A stretch of DNA of 64,000 bases. Origin: Paraspadella gotoi. Lineage: Eukaryota; Animalia; Chaetognatha. The notes beneath the pieces are model-generated. The model was not told where the DNA came from. It saw only the letters and a list, made by a program, of their open reading frames with translations, and did no database searches. The position numbers and the translations under genes were made by a program. The DNA lies in the NCBI GenBank assembly GCA_051294375.1, contig CM119265.1:13508124-13572123 (forward strand), read 5' to 3'. This document shows positions 15,869-27,700 of this stretch, piece after piece; within the stretch, counting starts at the first letter, position 1; every line of letters begins with the position of its first letter.

Positions 15869-16729
15869 ACTCTTACTCACTCTCACTATCCCTGGTGCCC
15901 TAATAAAGTTACGGTGAATTCTGAATTCTGACTCCTAGTAAAATATGTATTTGAACGACTATTTTGGAATGTTGACTTCTCTCCTCATTAATCTGAATCA
16001 CAGAATTCAATCCCACGAGCATAGGGGCCTTCAAGTCCAATACTACTATACTGGTCTGTGATCAGAACGATTTACTAAAGGTTAAAAGGGAACGGTGAAA
16101 GAATGATCGCAGCAAAAGCAGTGAAATCACGAAGGTTTTAAAATGTGAAACGCGATCGACTAATCTTATCACTGCTCGAAAAAAGACGGAAAGAGAACGT
16201 GTGAGTCCACTTGATACAAGACAAACCTAAAATCACTTCCCGGTTTCTCGGTTTTTTTTTCGAATCGTCACAAAATGAGAAGAAAATATCACGATTTTTT
16301 CGTTTTGAAGCAAGGGGACGTGATGGGAATGAAGGATCGTAAATCATGAAGAATAGAAGTCGCGTCATTTCAGTTGTCCAATAAATATTTTGACAATTTC
16401 TGATTATGATTAATTTTTTTAGGTTTACAAAATGTATTGACATTGAACAACGATTTTACAAATTAAATTTGGGTAATGAACGAAACATTACTAATGTTTC
16501 GTTCTTTGTTCAGACCTTCATCAACGCATTTTTTGACAAATTTTGACAAATATCAATACATTTTAAATCTATTTCAACCTCATTCAACAACGAAAAGAAA
16601 GGAAACGATACAAAATATTTTTTTTTTAAATCTATCTTTTTTTCAGAAAGTTTTTCTTAATCAACCTCAGCAAAAGTTGAAAAACTATTCGACTCCAACC
16701 CAATAAACTCACAATTAACCGAAAAAAAA

Positions 16730-17581
16730 ATGGGCGCGAATGAAAGTAAATCTCCACACGGCGCCGGCGCCGCCTCTGCTCCACACAATCATCTCATCGA
16801 CGACAAAATCAGCGCGGCGCTCTTCCGCAAGTACGACGTCAGCAAGACGGGCACGCTCTCTGGGCACGAACTCAAAAAACTTCTGAAGGCAGAGTACGGC
16901 TTCGACGAGGAGCAGATACAGTTGTCCGGAGTTTTGATGGACGGAAACTTGGACGGAAAAATCGATCTGAAGGAAATGCAGGTACTACTAGATTTCCGAA
17001 CCTTTTTATTTATTTATTTATATTGAACGAAGGAAAATTCGCAGATCTATTTAGTATCTACTTTAGAGAGATTTACCGCATCTTACTGCAGGTATTGAAA
17101 AACTATTGATGTTTGATGCCCATAGTGACTATGACATTGTTTTTTTTTTTATTTGATAGAGTGGCGTTAAATAAATCAGAATGAATCTACTAAAAAAATT
17201 TTGTTTACTTTGTAGAGAATATTAAAGGAGCAAAATCTTTGTAAAATGATTTGCGAAACCGAGTCGAGCAAATTCCTGTCCGAAGCTTGCAAGATTTTTC
17301 ACAACTACGACAAAGACGGAAGTGGAACACTGAACAAAAAAGAACTCTATGGTAAGAATGATATTCCTTAAAAAAATTAGATTATTGTTTCTTATAAGAT
17401 ATTCTTTATTTTACTTTTATGTTTTTAAAAAAAAGATTTGCTGATTTCAATGGGTATTCCCAAGAACCAATGCGACAAGATCCTCAGCGACGCTGATGCG
17501 GACAAAAATGCTCTTCTCAATTTCAGCGAGTTTATACACTGGCTGCCAGCAACAGCTAGTCTCCTGAAGCATTATAAATAA
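16730..17581 (+). CDS. N-myristoylated four-EF-hand calcium-binding protein (about 177 aa)
   Basis: Exons 16730-16981, 17216-17351 and 17436-17581 are in frame. MGANES fits the myristoylation consensus MGxxxS. EF loops: DVSKTGTLSGHE, DGNLDGKIDLKE, DKDGSGTLNKKE, DADKNALLNFSE. Confidence 0.9.
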
Positions 17582-18794
17582 ACAAACTCTTACCTAACAA
17601 ATGAATATATGATTGCGAAATTGTATTCACATTATTTTTTGTATAATATTCTCGGTAGGTTTTTATAATAACCTACTTCTGACGGAATTTTGCAGTACTT
17701 TAATACCAAAAATTCGCTAATGCTAATTACTAATATAATTTTACTCCAAATTTTAACAATATACAATATCTAAATTGTAAAAAAAATCCTATGGCACTCT
17801 AACATCGTTTCCATAATTATAATTTGTTTTATACCACTGCATATGCATTTATTTCTGTTCTTTTATTTCACTGACTTCGAAAAATCCTAGATACGTTCAT
17901 TTCCACAATTATTTTTTATCTAATGTAGCTAATTTTAAATTAAGGATCAGAAATTCCGCTGCCAAATATAAAAAAGTTTGACAACATTGCTCGTGTCGTC
18001 TGCGTCGATTTAGTTCCTACTAAAAAGCTGTATTTGACATACATTTGTTAGGATTTACTAATTAAGAGTTATATTTTCCTGAAATTAAGACTAAATTGTG
18101 ATTAAGAAAAAAAATTTGGCCGATACCTGACGATTTAAAAATATCTCTGGTTGTGTGAATTTGACAGAATTAAAGCTATGATGAACCTTCACTGAACCAC
18201 ATGCAACGCGATGAAACATCCAACAGCAAAACCCAATCATTTTGACATAATTGTTACAATTCAATCGTGCATAAAACTCGTATTAATGCACGATCAAACT
18301 GATGACTATAAAGATACAAGTGAATCATTGATGATAAGCCATAGTAAAGAATGTTTTTTACCTCGAGTGCTATGACTGTAATGTATAACAGTGCAATCAA
18401 AGATACTTTTTAGTATCTATGATATTGATAATATTTGACGTGGTCTCACGGCTTGTATAAATTAAAATAATTACCTTCCTATTGACAATAAATGTGTAAC
18501 TACTTCTCAAATTTGATATTAATAAACTACATAGAGATATTGCGAGAAATAACTTTCTGATAGCATTAAAACGTAATTAATACAAATTTTTTTCAACTGA
18601 CTGAAAAAATATAAGTAAAAGTTGCTGGTGATCATTTTTTGGTTTTGTATTGTTTATTTACTAGCGTGAGTAAAGGACCTGTTAAAGATGTTATCACCTT
18701 ATATGCACTTACAAAACTAAATTTAATACAATGAATTGGTAAAACTAGCTCGTTCTCCCAAGCTAACTATCAAGCGTTTTTGTTTGAAATACAG

Positions 18795-20860
18795 GAATTG
18801 ATGAATGAAACATTATGAGCGGGTTTAAGTTGAATTACATGATTTTGTAAGTCGTATTTTGGTGATCTTAAAATCTAGATAAAAACTTTTCAACAGTAAA
18901 ACAATTTGTGAAATCTCTATTTTTCACTTGTTCAGACAAATTGTTTATCGTCAAACTTGTACTTTTTTTAATATTTTGTACATTTAACCACACTTTGTAA
19001 TGTGAAAAGTCAGTGGGGTGGATGTATATATAGCACCAAAAGAAAAGATGCTAAGCTTACCAATAAAAAACAAAATTTTTCGTGTTAAACCTAGTCATTT
19101 GTTAAATTATTTAAGTGAGCTGTCAGGATGGTCGGACCTCGTCGAATTTCGAAAAAATATTATCAATTAGGTTATTTTACTGGAGTAGGTATAGGTACGA
19201 TTAATTTGCAGGAGACCAGACCTCCTTTTTTAAGGCACTCTACCTTGAAAATAAATTCGAAAACTGTCTTCTCAACGTAAAGAAGTATACATTTTGTCAA
19301 TGCTCTGTAAGTAGAAAATATTCTTAAATTTAACTTTATATGACCCAAGGAAATTAAGTAATATAATAATTGACTTTTTTAAATTTTAGGTAGGCCTTTT
19401 TGAGATTCTACCCTGACAGCGAGTGAGTTTAATGACTACTTCTCCTTCCACTATGGAAATCGTGATATTGATGGTGAATCACATTGTTAGTAATTTGACA
19501 ATTTCAACATTAAAAATTTCATTGGTAAGTCTTAAATTCTTCAATGTTAATATGCTTTACTTAACAATAAGTAGATCAAATACGATTTTGCATGATTCAC
19601 AAACAATTAGTAGAAATATAGTCAGTCCACTTCTTTCAAAGATAGAATCTCAAAATGAAATTCTCATTCTTCTGCAAAGAAAGCAGAAGGAAAGCAACCC
19701 AAAATTAAATGTTGCAATATTGCAAATCTGGTTAAATACTAAAAGTATCTTACTGTTAAAACTGTTTACATAGTTCTTTGTTAATGCAACATTTCATTTC
19801 TTGTGCAGATCATATTCCACAAAATAAAATAAACTATGCAGCAGTAATCTAGTAGTTTATCATTCAACGAACAACCTAATTTAGCTTTTGGCGCATATAT
19901 TTTTCATTTGATGCTATACAAAGTTAAAAATTAATTATAATGTTAAAATAGTAGAAAAGATTTAAAGATTATTTTGTCATGCCACGAAAGACTGATCATG
20001 AATGATGAAACTTTTTTAGAAATGCTATTATATTGAAAAAGTAATATAAGAGTAAGAATTAACATGCACCAACGATGTAAAAGCTTGGTGAAATTTTTAT
20101 CCTATAATTATTATCCACTGTGCTACAGTCACATAACAGCTGCATAAACTTTTTTTATGGTTTGCTTCAATATGATTCAAATTTTGAGTTAAACCTCTTT
20201 TGAAGAATATTTACTAGTTTGTTTTAATAACACCTCTAGTTGAATGATTGGCATTGAAATAATAACCTATGGTCAGGGGTGACCAATGTGCAAAAAGTTA
20301 AGTGGCTCGTTAATCCACCGATAGCCTGTCCTAAAAAATAATAACTTAAGTTTAAATCTCTCAATTCCTAGTAATATCCATTTTTAATAACCATTTTATA
20401 AAAAAAAATTTAGATTAAAAATGTTTAATTTAACATTATAAAATGCTTAATCTAAAAAGATATTATTGTTAATAACATTCCAAAATAGTAGTAAAAATAC
20501 TAAAGATACGGCTTTTAAACTCGGTTACAACATTTGCAAAGCTGACAAACAATTCAAAGGTGAGCAGTAACACAGAAAACAAAGAATTAACAGTTAAATC
20601 TATTAAAACGAAAAGCGCTACAACAATTATGATTTTGTTTTTTTTTGGAATCTTAGTTTTTGTTTTACCAATGCAACACTGACCTGCAATAACAAATGAT
20701 CCATTAGCTATCAATCCTGGATTGTGCCTATAGATGTATTTAAATTCCAAAGGTAAGGTATAATTTCTTTCTTAATTATATTAATTTTTAAAATAGACAC
20801 CACCAAAGTTGAACGAATGGACAGACAAAAGGGAAGGAATCCACTAAAAAGCTCCAATAA
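18795..20860 (+). other. Possible AT-rich multi-exon gene or remnant, not resolvable
   Basis: A run of plus-strand AG..GT-bounded blocks (about 18795-18847, 18936-19170, 19212-19283, 19390-19473, 20505-20559, 20734-20752, 20797+). Partial frames include KLFIVKLVLFLIFCTF and VDVYIAPKEKMLSLP..LSGWSDLVEFR, but they are interrupted by stops or frameshifts. Confidence 0.25.
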
Positions 20861-21880
20861 ATCGTTTAATTTGATCAGTTTAAAAACCAATTTGGCTTAC
20901 AATAAAGATCGAAACAGATTTTTCTTGTGTTTTATGTATGAGATCTACATTTTTGTGAATAAAGAGCAAGGCTTCAATTGGCCTTGAAAAGCAAATAAAC
21001 AATCATAACTTCTGTTTCTTTGCTTGCCTAGTCAAAATAAATTTAAAATGGATTTATAAAAAAACGATATTTTTATACGAAAAAGCAACATTTTTTTTTG
21101 ACGGATCTCCTGTCGTTTTTCAGAAATTAAAAAAAATTATTAACTAGTATAAGACTTAATGTATTACACTCTTCCAACGTATAGGTCCAGGAAGAAAAAT
21201 AATGGAATGTCGCATTCATAGTTTGAAATTAATCTCCGTTTGTTTTGTGCACCTTTTTTCTGGTTAGAATATTTATTATAAATTGCCTCTAAATGAAAAG
21301 TACAAAGCTACAACTGGCATTTTGGAAAAAAGTTGTTTTCAAAGCACTTATTTATGTCGCAACAGAAATCAAAACCTTCACAATTTAACTAGAGGGCTAT
21401 GGGGAAAAGAAAACGCGAAAAATAAGTAGTATAGGTACAATAGCTAAAGATCCTCTGTTAATTAAAATTTATGTTCTGCGTGGTAACACTTACATGACAT
21501 ATCTTTTTAACAATAGACTACTGTAAATTTAGTTTTAACAAAAAGGTGACTTTAGTCTTCATTCTATATGCTAAAAAATCTTATCTTGCTATCTTTGCTT
21601 CGTGGCAAATGAAAATTAATTGTACTAAATTATTTAAAATTCCGCGAATCTTCGGCGATTTCTGTTTCGTAAAAAAGTAACATTTCGGTACCAAAAAATC
21701 GGTAGAGGTAACCTTGAACATTGTGACCCATAAAATAATAAAAATAAAGTTAACCGCTGCGTGAAGGCGCTAGAAAAAGGGCAGAAGAGCGGGGGAGATC
21801 AGACAAAAACAAAAAAAAAGAGAGAGAGAGAAACAGAGTCTCTCTCTCTCGATCTTCGAAAAATTCCATTCCTCTTCGTA

Positions 21881-24575
21881 TCACAAAGAAACGGTATGGT
21901 TCTCCTTTCGGGCGAGATCAAGCAGCGAGATGGCGGAGCCGTTCCTCGAGACGGCCTTCTGCTGCGCCAGCTGCCGTCTCAACTCGCTAAAGTGTCGGTC
22001 CTTCTTCTTCATGATGCGGCGCCTCCGACACGCCGTCACGAAGACGACGCTGAAGAAGATCACGTGAAACATGAAGTAGATCGTAATGAGGGAGATTAAG
22101 GCCATGGTGTCCCAGTTCATGACCTCCTCGAGGACCGACTTGCGGAGGCCCTTGTACGACTCGTCCTCGGACTGAAAAACGATCATGTGATGGAAGATCT
22201 TGTCCATGTCTCCAGGGGCGGAGGAGGCGGAGGAGGAGGATGAGGAGGAGGCGTTGGCGACGTAGAGGAACTTCTCGATCACCGGGTCGCGCAGGTAGGA
22301 GACGATGGCGTGCCAGATGCACACGAAGCACAGCGTGCCCATCGAGAAGAGGATGTACTTGTCCAGGTAAGTCAGGTAAGAGATTCGAGGCAGAAAGTGA
22401 TTGACGACGAACTTGAAGCTGACCGACGTCAGCAGCAGCGTGAAGGAAAGTTGCAGCCGGTTCTGCGGCCGCGTGAACTCCACCGAAAAAGTTGTGAACG
22501 CGAGGATCGTGATGAAGAACATGATGAGGAAAACGTTCCACATGTGAAAACCGTATCTGGGCGGAACGGGTGGCCGGGGTAAGGGGAGGGAGAGCCGGGT
22601 GAGAAGCATTGCGTCAATTCAAGAATAAAAATACTTGTATTTTAATGGAGTATTGTGTAATGTGTAATTTATCTAATTCTATTAAAGATGAACAAATGAT
22701 CGGCTTGTTTGCCCTTCGCAGATGGAAGCGATGACTACTTATAGCACGAAAATCCCGAAGAAAATCTCACCTCCGGGCCGCTCGGCACATCACTGTTAGA
22801 GCGGGTCTCGAATAACGCGTTTTGGCATATTCATGGTTGATTTTTAATTTGGTCGTTTCGACGTGATTGTACAGTCTCCATTCCTGAAAAAAAGGATATC
22901 CGAATCAAATATATATTTAATTTAATACACCCACGCCAAAAAAAACAAACAATGAATTAACCTGTTGTTCGACTGTTGATTGAATGTTGATGGAACAGAG
23001 ATCTTCTTCGTCCTCGACGATTTCTACTTCCGCATCGGACCTTAATTTCACAAAATGTAGCAAAAATCAATTATTATTATTATTATTNNNNNNNNNNTTA
23101 TTATTATTATTATTTCTATTCCTAAAAGGCAGAACGACGACACCCAACCTCTCGGTCGTCAGAGTGACGCTGAGGTCCTGAACGTCGAAGGGAAAGTCGG
23201 CCAACTCGAGCGTCTCCGCGAAGACGCCTTTGATCGTCTTTCGCTCCACGACGTAGGCTTCGTTCTGGTCGTTTTTCCCCACTATCATCCATTTCTTCTC
23301 CTTCGGTTCGCCTGATTGTGGGGTTGAATGAGGAATAGAGAAGAGAAGACAAGAAAAGAAAAGAAAGAAAAGAAAAGAAAGAAAGAAAGAAAAAGAAAAG
23401 AAAAGAAAGAAAAGAAAGAAAAGAAAGAAAGAAAAAGAGCGGAAAGAGAAAAAAAGAGAGAAAAAAGAAGAAAAAAATTTTTCAAAAAAATCACTTTGTC
23501 AAAGAAAAAAGAGAGAAGAAAGGAAAAGGGGAGAAAAAAAAAGAAGAGAAAAAGAAAAAGAAAAAGAAAAAGAAGAGGAAAGGGAAAGTAAAAACTAACC
23601 CACTATATTGTCGATAGTGATGTGGGGATTCCAAAGGGACTTGAAATCGACGGACGTTGGATCAGCATCGGGGTCCATTTGATCCAGTTCCGGTTCTCGC
23701 CATCTGCAACGGAACGGCGCCTTGGCGTCATACAAACCGGGTTGCCATGGCAACGAAAAAGAAAAAAAAAACGGACCTGAGCTGAACGTAGATCTCCGCA
23801 TTGTAAACTTCCTTAAGAGTCTGAATTTCTCCGATTTTCAAAAAATTGAGTTTCACGTGCACCGTAACCTTTCCGTCTTCTCTGATCGACATTCCCCTGC
23901 GAAAGAAATCCATCCATTGGTTCATTCGTTTCCCCCCAAGTTCTCTCCATTCTCCTCACCTTTTGTCAATGGGTTTTGGTCTTGTGGGTGTGAAGCAACC
24001 GGAGGGTGAGATCGGCACCTTGGAATATCTGTTGGACAAAAATACCGAAAGAGTTTTTATCACCGATTTTCACACCATCACAAATTGAATTTTTTTTTTT
24101 CAATCTTATTATAACGCTCAATGCAATAAGAATGAAAACGTTATTACGAAAGAGGTTAGGCCAATTTTCCTGTTGACCATTCGACCTGAATTATTTCCTC
24201 TGTGGCCTTGTTTTACTGGGCTTCATCTGCTATTTTCAGTCGCCGTCACGAGGGACACAACTCCCTACTCCATTCGCTCTCCTCCCTATTTTCTTTCTTT
24301 TTCATTTTGTCCTTATTTTTTTTCCGTGACTAACGATCGGTCTCTCTCCCTAAACCCTTCCCCTCTACTCTTTCTCAGAGCCGGTCGTTCCCCACGGTTA
24401 ATCGTAAGATTTGAGTAGTTATAAATTTTTAACATTTGTTTATTGTCGTGTTGCAGGTTATGGTCATTGTTTGCTCAACTCAATTAGGAACAATCAACAT
24501 AATTAAACGTGAATTAATAATAATTTACCTTGTATCTTTTCTGTTTAACCCCCTTCCGAAGGAATTCGCCGCCAT
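21881..24575 (-). CDS. Cys-less (Pro-loop) pentameric ligand-gated ion channel subunit, at least 456 aa
   Basis: GT-AG exons 24575-24529, 24028-23960, 23896-23777, 23703-23600, 23311-23149, 23040-22962, 22883-22771 and 22556-21881 total 1371 nt in one open frame. Motifs: KVTVHVKLNFLKIGEIQT, QLRWREP, LWNPHITIDN, LELADFPFDVQDL (no flanking Cys), QQEWRL, RAARRYGFHMWNVF (M1), NRLQLSFTLLLTSVSFKF (M2), LPRISYLTYLDKY (M3), and M4. Confidence 0.93.
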
Positions 24576-25057
24576 GTTGGCGATAATTTCCTGACAAATT
24601 TAAGAGGAAAGTTTCAAATTATTACAATTTTGCTTTGATCGCAGACGATAAAATCTTTAAGAAGTCCATTTCGGACAAAGCGAACAATCTCAAGATCGGT
24701 TTTCATGAAATAGTTTCATAAAATGCCTTAATCTCCTTCGTAACTAAAGCATTATAGACGCTTATTAATGAAATTGGAACAACCAATATAAAAATTATCC
24801 ATTCATTTAATAAATAAGCTGTCTTGTCCCTGACTTTGGACAGGCTTTGGTGGTTTAAGGCCTCCATCACTCTTACAAGATTATGACATATCAGGTCCCT
24901 GCAAGCTTTCAATCAAGACTCTCTCACAGTCTTATTTATTCACTCCCCGAGTACCTGGCTTTCCTATCAATGAAGTGGTATAATATTTCAAAGAATGTTT
25001 CAATTGTATAACAATTATATAATATAACATTTTAAATTCTGATCAAAATGAACGAGC

Positions 25058-25721
25058 CTGATTTTGCCGAACGCTGGCCTCGAGGGATTTGAGGACATTG
25101 AGAATGTCTTGGTTGTTGTTGCTGTTGTCACCGCCGCTGGTCGAATCGAAATTTGGCCTCGAAAAATCCGTATTGTGAACTGGGTGCTGAAGATGGTGAA
25201 AAGCTGGAGAGGGAAAAGGGAAGGGATGAAATTTGGTTTAGTGAAAAGAAATGTCAACATCTAAAAAATTCACATTTATAGTATAAATTGTCTTAGATAT
25301 TAAAAATAATTCTCGAGAAAGCGGTTTAATTCATTTGTGTAACATCTGAAAAAAACTTTTGTTCAAAATAATAACTAGTTGTCCAGTACAATATTTATAT
25401 ATAAATAATCACAGTTCCGTAACGATCCAAGTACAAACTTAGATCAAAAGAAAAATTGCATTTTTCTGTTTTATTGTAAATTGTCTTCACTGTCAGAATT
25501 AGCACCTATGAAAAAAAAATATCAAAGGATCCGGGTTGGACTCTGCAAAAATCGTAAATTAAATCCATTTTTTGACAACTTTTTTCTGGTCCAACGACAA
25601 TTTTATTAACCCCAGAATCAAGACTCTTAGATTAATAATCATCGTAAAACCTGATTCAATCTCATCGGCATAAAAGTCACTTTCTCTCTCTCTCTCCGAA
25701 TCCGAGTGAATTCGGCGACAT
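25058..25721 (-). CDS. Probable additional 5' coding exons of the Cys-less pLGIC
   Basis: Exon 25203-25058 follows a strong acceptor (CCCTCTCCAG) and reads ..STSGGDNSNNNQDILNVLKSLEASVRQNQ with C-ending codons. It joins EIIAN-MAAN (acceptor before 24590) only through a GC donor. A candidate first exon at about 25721-25651 crosses a (GA)n tract and needs a length correction. Confidence 0.45.
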
Positions 25722-25761
25722 CGCAATCGCAAAATCCTGCGGGAAACAGAGAAAAAAAATC

Positions 25762-27700
25762 ATGGAGAATCCAGGGAACGCTGACTCCAGAATGGAGATG
25801 GAGACAGGCGACGCCAACGATCATCTCGACGGCGACAAAAAGCCCAAGGACTACCGCCTCAACATCGACGACGTGCCCGCGCTTCGCTTGACGATCCTCT
25901 TGGGTTTTCAGCATTTCTTGTCCATGTACGTGACGAGCATGTCGGTGCCGTTCCTGCTGACTCCGGCTCTCATCCCGGGCGGAGATCCGCGGGTCTTTGG
26001 GAGGCTCTTCGCCTCCCTCGTTGTAGCCGGCGGCATCGGCACGTTGCTGCAGACGACGCTGGGATGCCGTCTGCCGATCGTGCAAGGAGGATCGTTCTCT
26101 TATCTCGTTCCAACCCTAGTCATTCTCGAAATGACCCAAGACGACCCGGATTGGCAGCGTCGACTCTGCGCCATTCAAGGCGCCATGATGGGAGCCTCCA
26201 TAATTCAGATGATCATGGGCGGGAGCGGCTTCATGGGAAAGACTCTGACTTTCATCGGACCCATGACTATGGTGCCTCTCATCAGCTTGATCGGTCTGGC
26301 GCTTTTTAAAAGCGCCGCGAAATCCGCGGCGTCGCATTGGGGAGTGTCCGTCGCCACCATGGCGTTGACGATCATCTTTTCGCAGCATCTGAGCGGCGTT
26401 CTCGTTCCGACTCTGCGACTTCGAAAATTGGAGCCAGGGTCGACGTCGGGCCTACTGTCGACCTGGCGTCGACGCGTGTCGTTCGGCGGCGGGTTCCCGC
26501 TCTTTCGTCTCTTTCCCGTCATCTTGGCCATTGGAATCATGTGGTCGATCTGCGCCATCTTGACGGCGGCCGGGGCTTTAAACTCCTCGGAATCCACGTC
26601 CGGGAACAACTCGACCAACTTGACCACTCTGTCCAATTTCTCATCCCCGATCGACGTTCAACCGGCGCGAGAATATCACGTTCTTGATACGAGAAAAAAA
26701 TGGTCGGCAGTCACCGATTCTCATTGGTTCTTTTTTCCCTACCCGGGTCAATGGGGCCCGCCCACTCTCGCCATCGAACATCTACTCGGCCTGCTCGTCT
26801 CGGTCTTCGCCGCTTCATTCGAGTCGGTCGGAGATTACTACGCATGCGCGCGCGTGGCGGGCGCACCGACGCCGCCCAAGCACGCCGTCAACCGCGGGAT
26901 TTTCTTCGAAGGATTTATCGTCATGCTCATGGGCCTGGTGGGCACCGGGAACGGATCGACCTCCTACAGCCTCAACACGGGACTGCTTAACATCACCAAG
27001 GTGGGAAGCCGAGTGGTCATCCAAGCTGCCGCCGTCTTCATGATCATCTTTGGCTCGTTGGCCAAGTTTTCCGCCTTCTTCTCGACGATGCCCGACCCAA
27101 TTCTCGGGGGGGTGCTAATCGTGCTTTTCGCGGGAATTACGGGCGTGGCCTTGTCTAATCTCGAAGGCGTGCCCTTAAACTCGTCCAGGTTAACTACGAT
27201 AGTGGTTTATTTAATCATGATTGATTGATTGGTTGATTGATTGACGATAGATTGATTTTTTCTTTCATTCTTTCAATCATTCTCACTAGCATATCATCTC
27301 ACTTGATTATTGATTCCATTTGAAGTTATGTTCTAAATATTTTTTTTTTTTAATTCTTTTTTTTTGTTTGTTTTTTTTAATTTCTACTTAAAGATTTCAT
27401 TCATTCAGGTATCCTCTCATGCTCTCATCTTAATCTCACATATCTTCCAGGAACGTATCATCCTCGCGTTATATCCTCTTCCTCGACTCTCATTCGCAAC
27501 TACTTTTCAACGCGGCGTCCGGTCGGCGCCAACACCGCGGTCGCCATCGCATCGAGCCGCTCAACATTTGACTAAGAGCGACGTCGATGTTCGTACGGTC
27601 GGCGTCTAGGATTCGTCCTCGACAGACACGATCCGGGATCCTTGGAGGAGCGCGGTTTTGGCGCCAGTCCGGTTAATGCCTGGGGAAGGGCCATCGTCGG
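25762..27700 (+). CDS. SLC23 / nucleobase-ascorbate transporter (NAT/NCS2) family member
   Basis: Exon 25762-27188 contains GFQHFL, TLLQTTLGCRLPIVQGGSFSY, LFRLFPVILAI, FPYPGQWG, ESVGDYYACA, HAVNRGIFFEG, NTGLLNITKVGSR and PDPILGG. A second exon from 27451 is error-ridden, but GFVLD..PGSLEERG is recognisable. The true end is uncertain. Confidence 0.92.

Noticed and set aside
23897-23959. In-frame TGA (readthrough or selenocysteine) in the Cys-less channel
   Set aside because: The TGA is part of the donor AG|GTGAG of a 63 nt GT-AG intron whose removal keeps the frame.
21881-24575. Bacterial contamination or recent horizontal transfer as the source of the Cys-less channel
   Set aside because: The gene has at least seven spliceosomal introns and host-type microsatellites.
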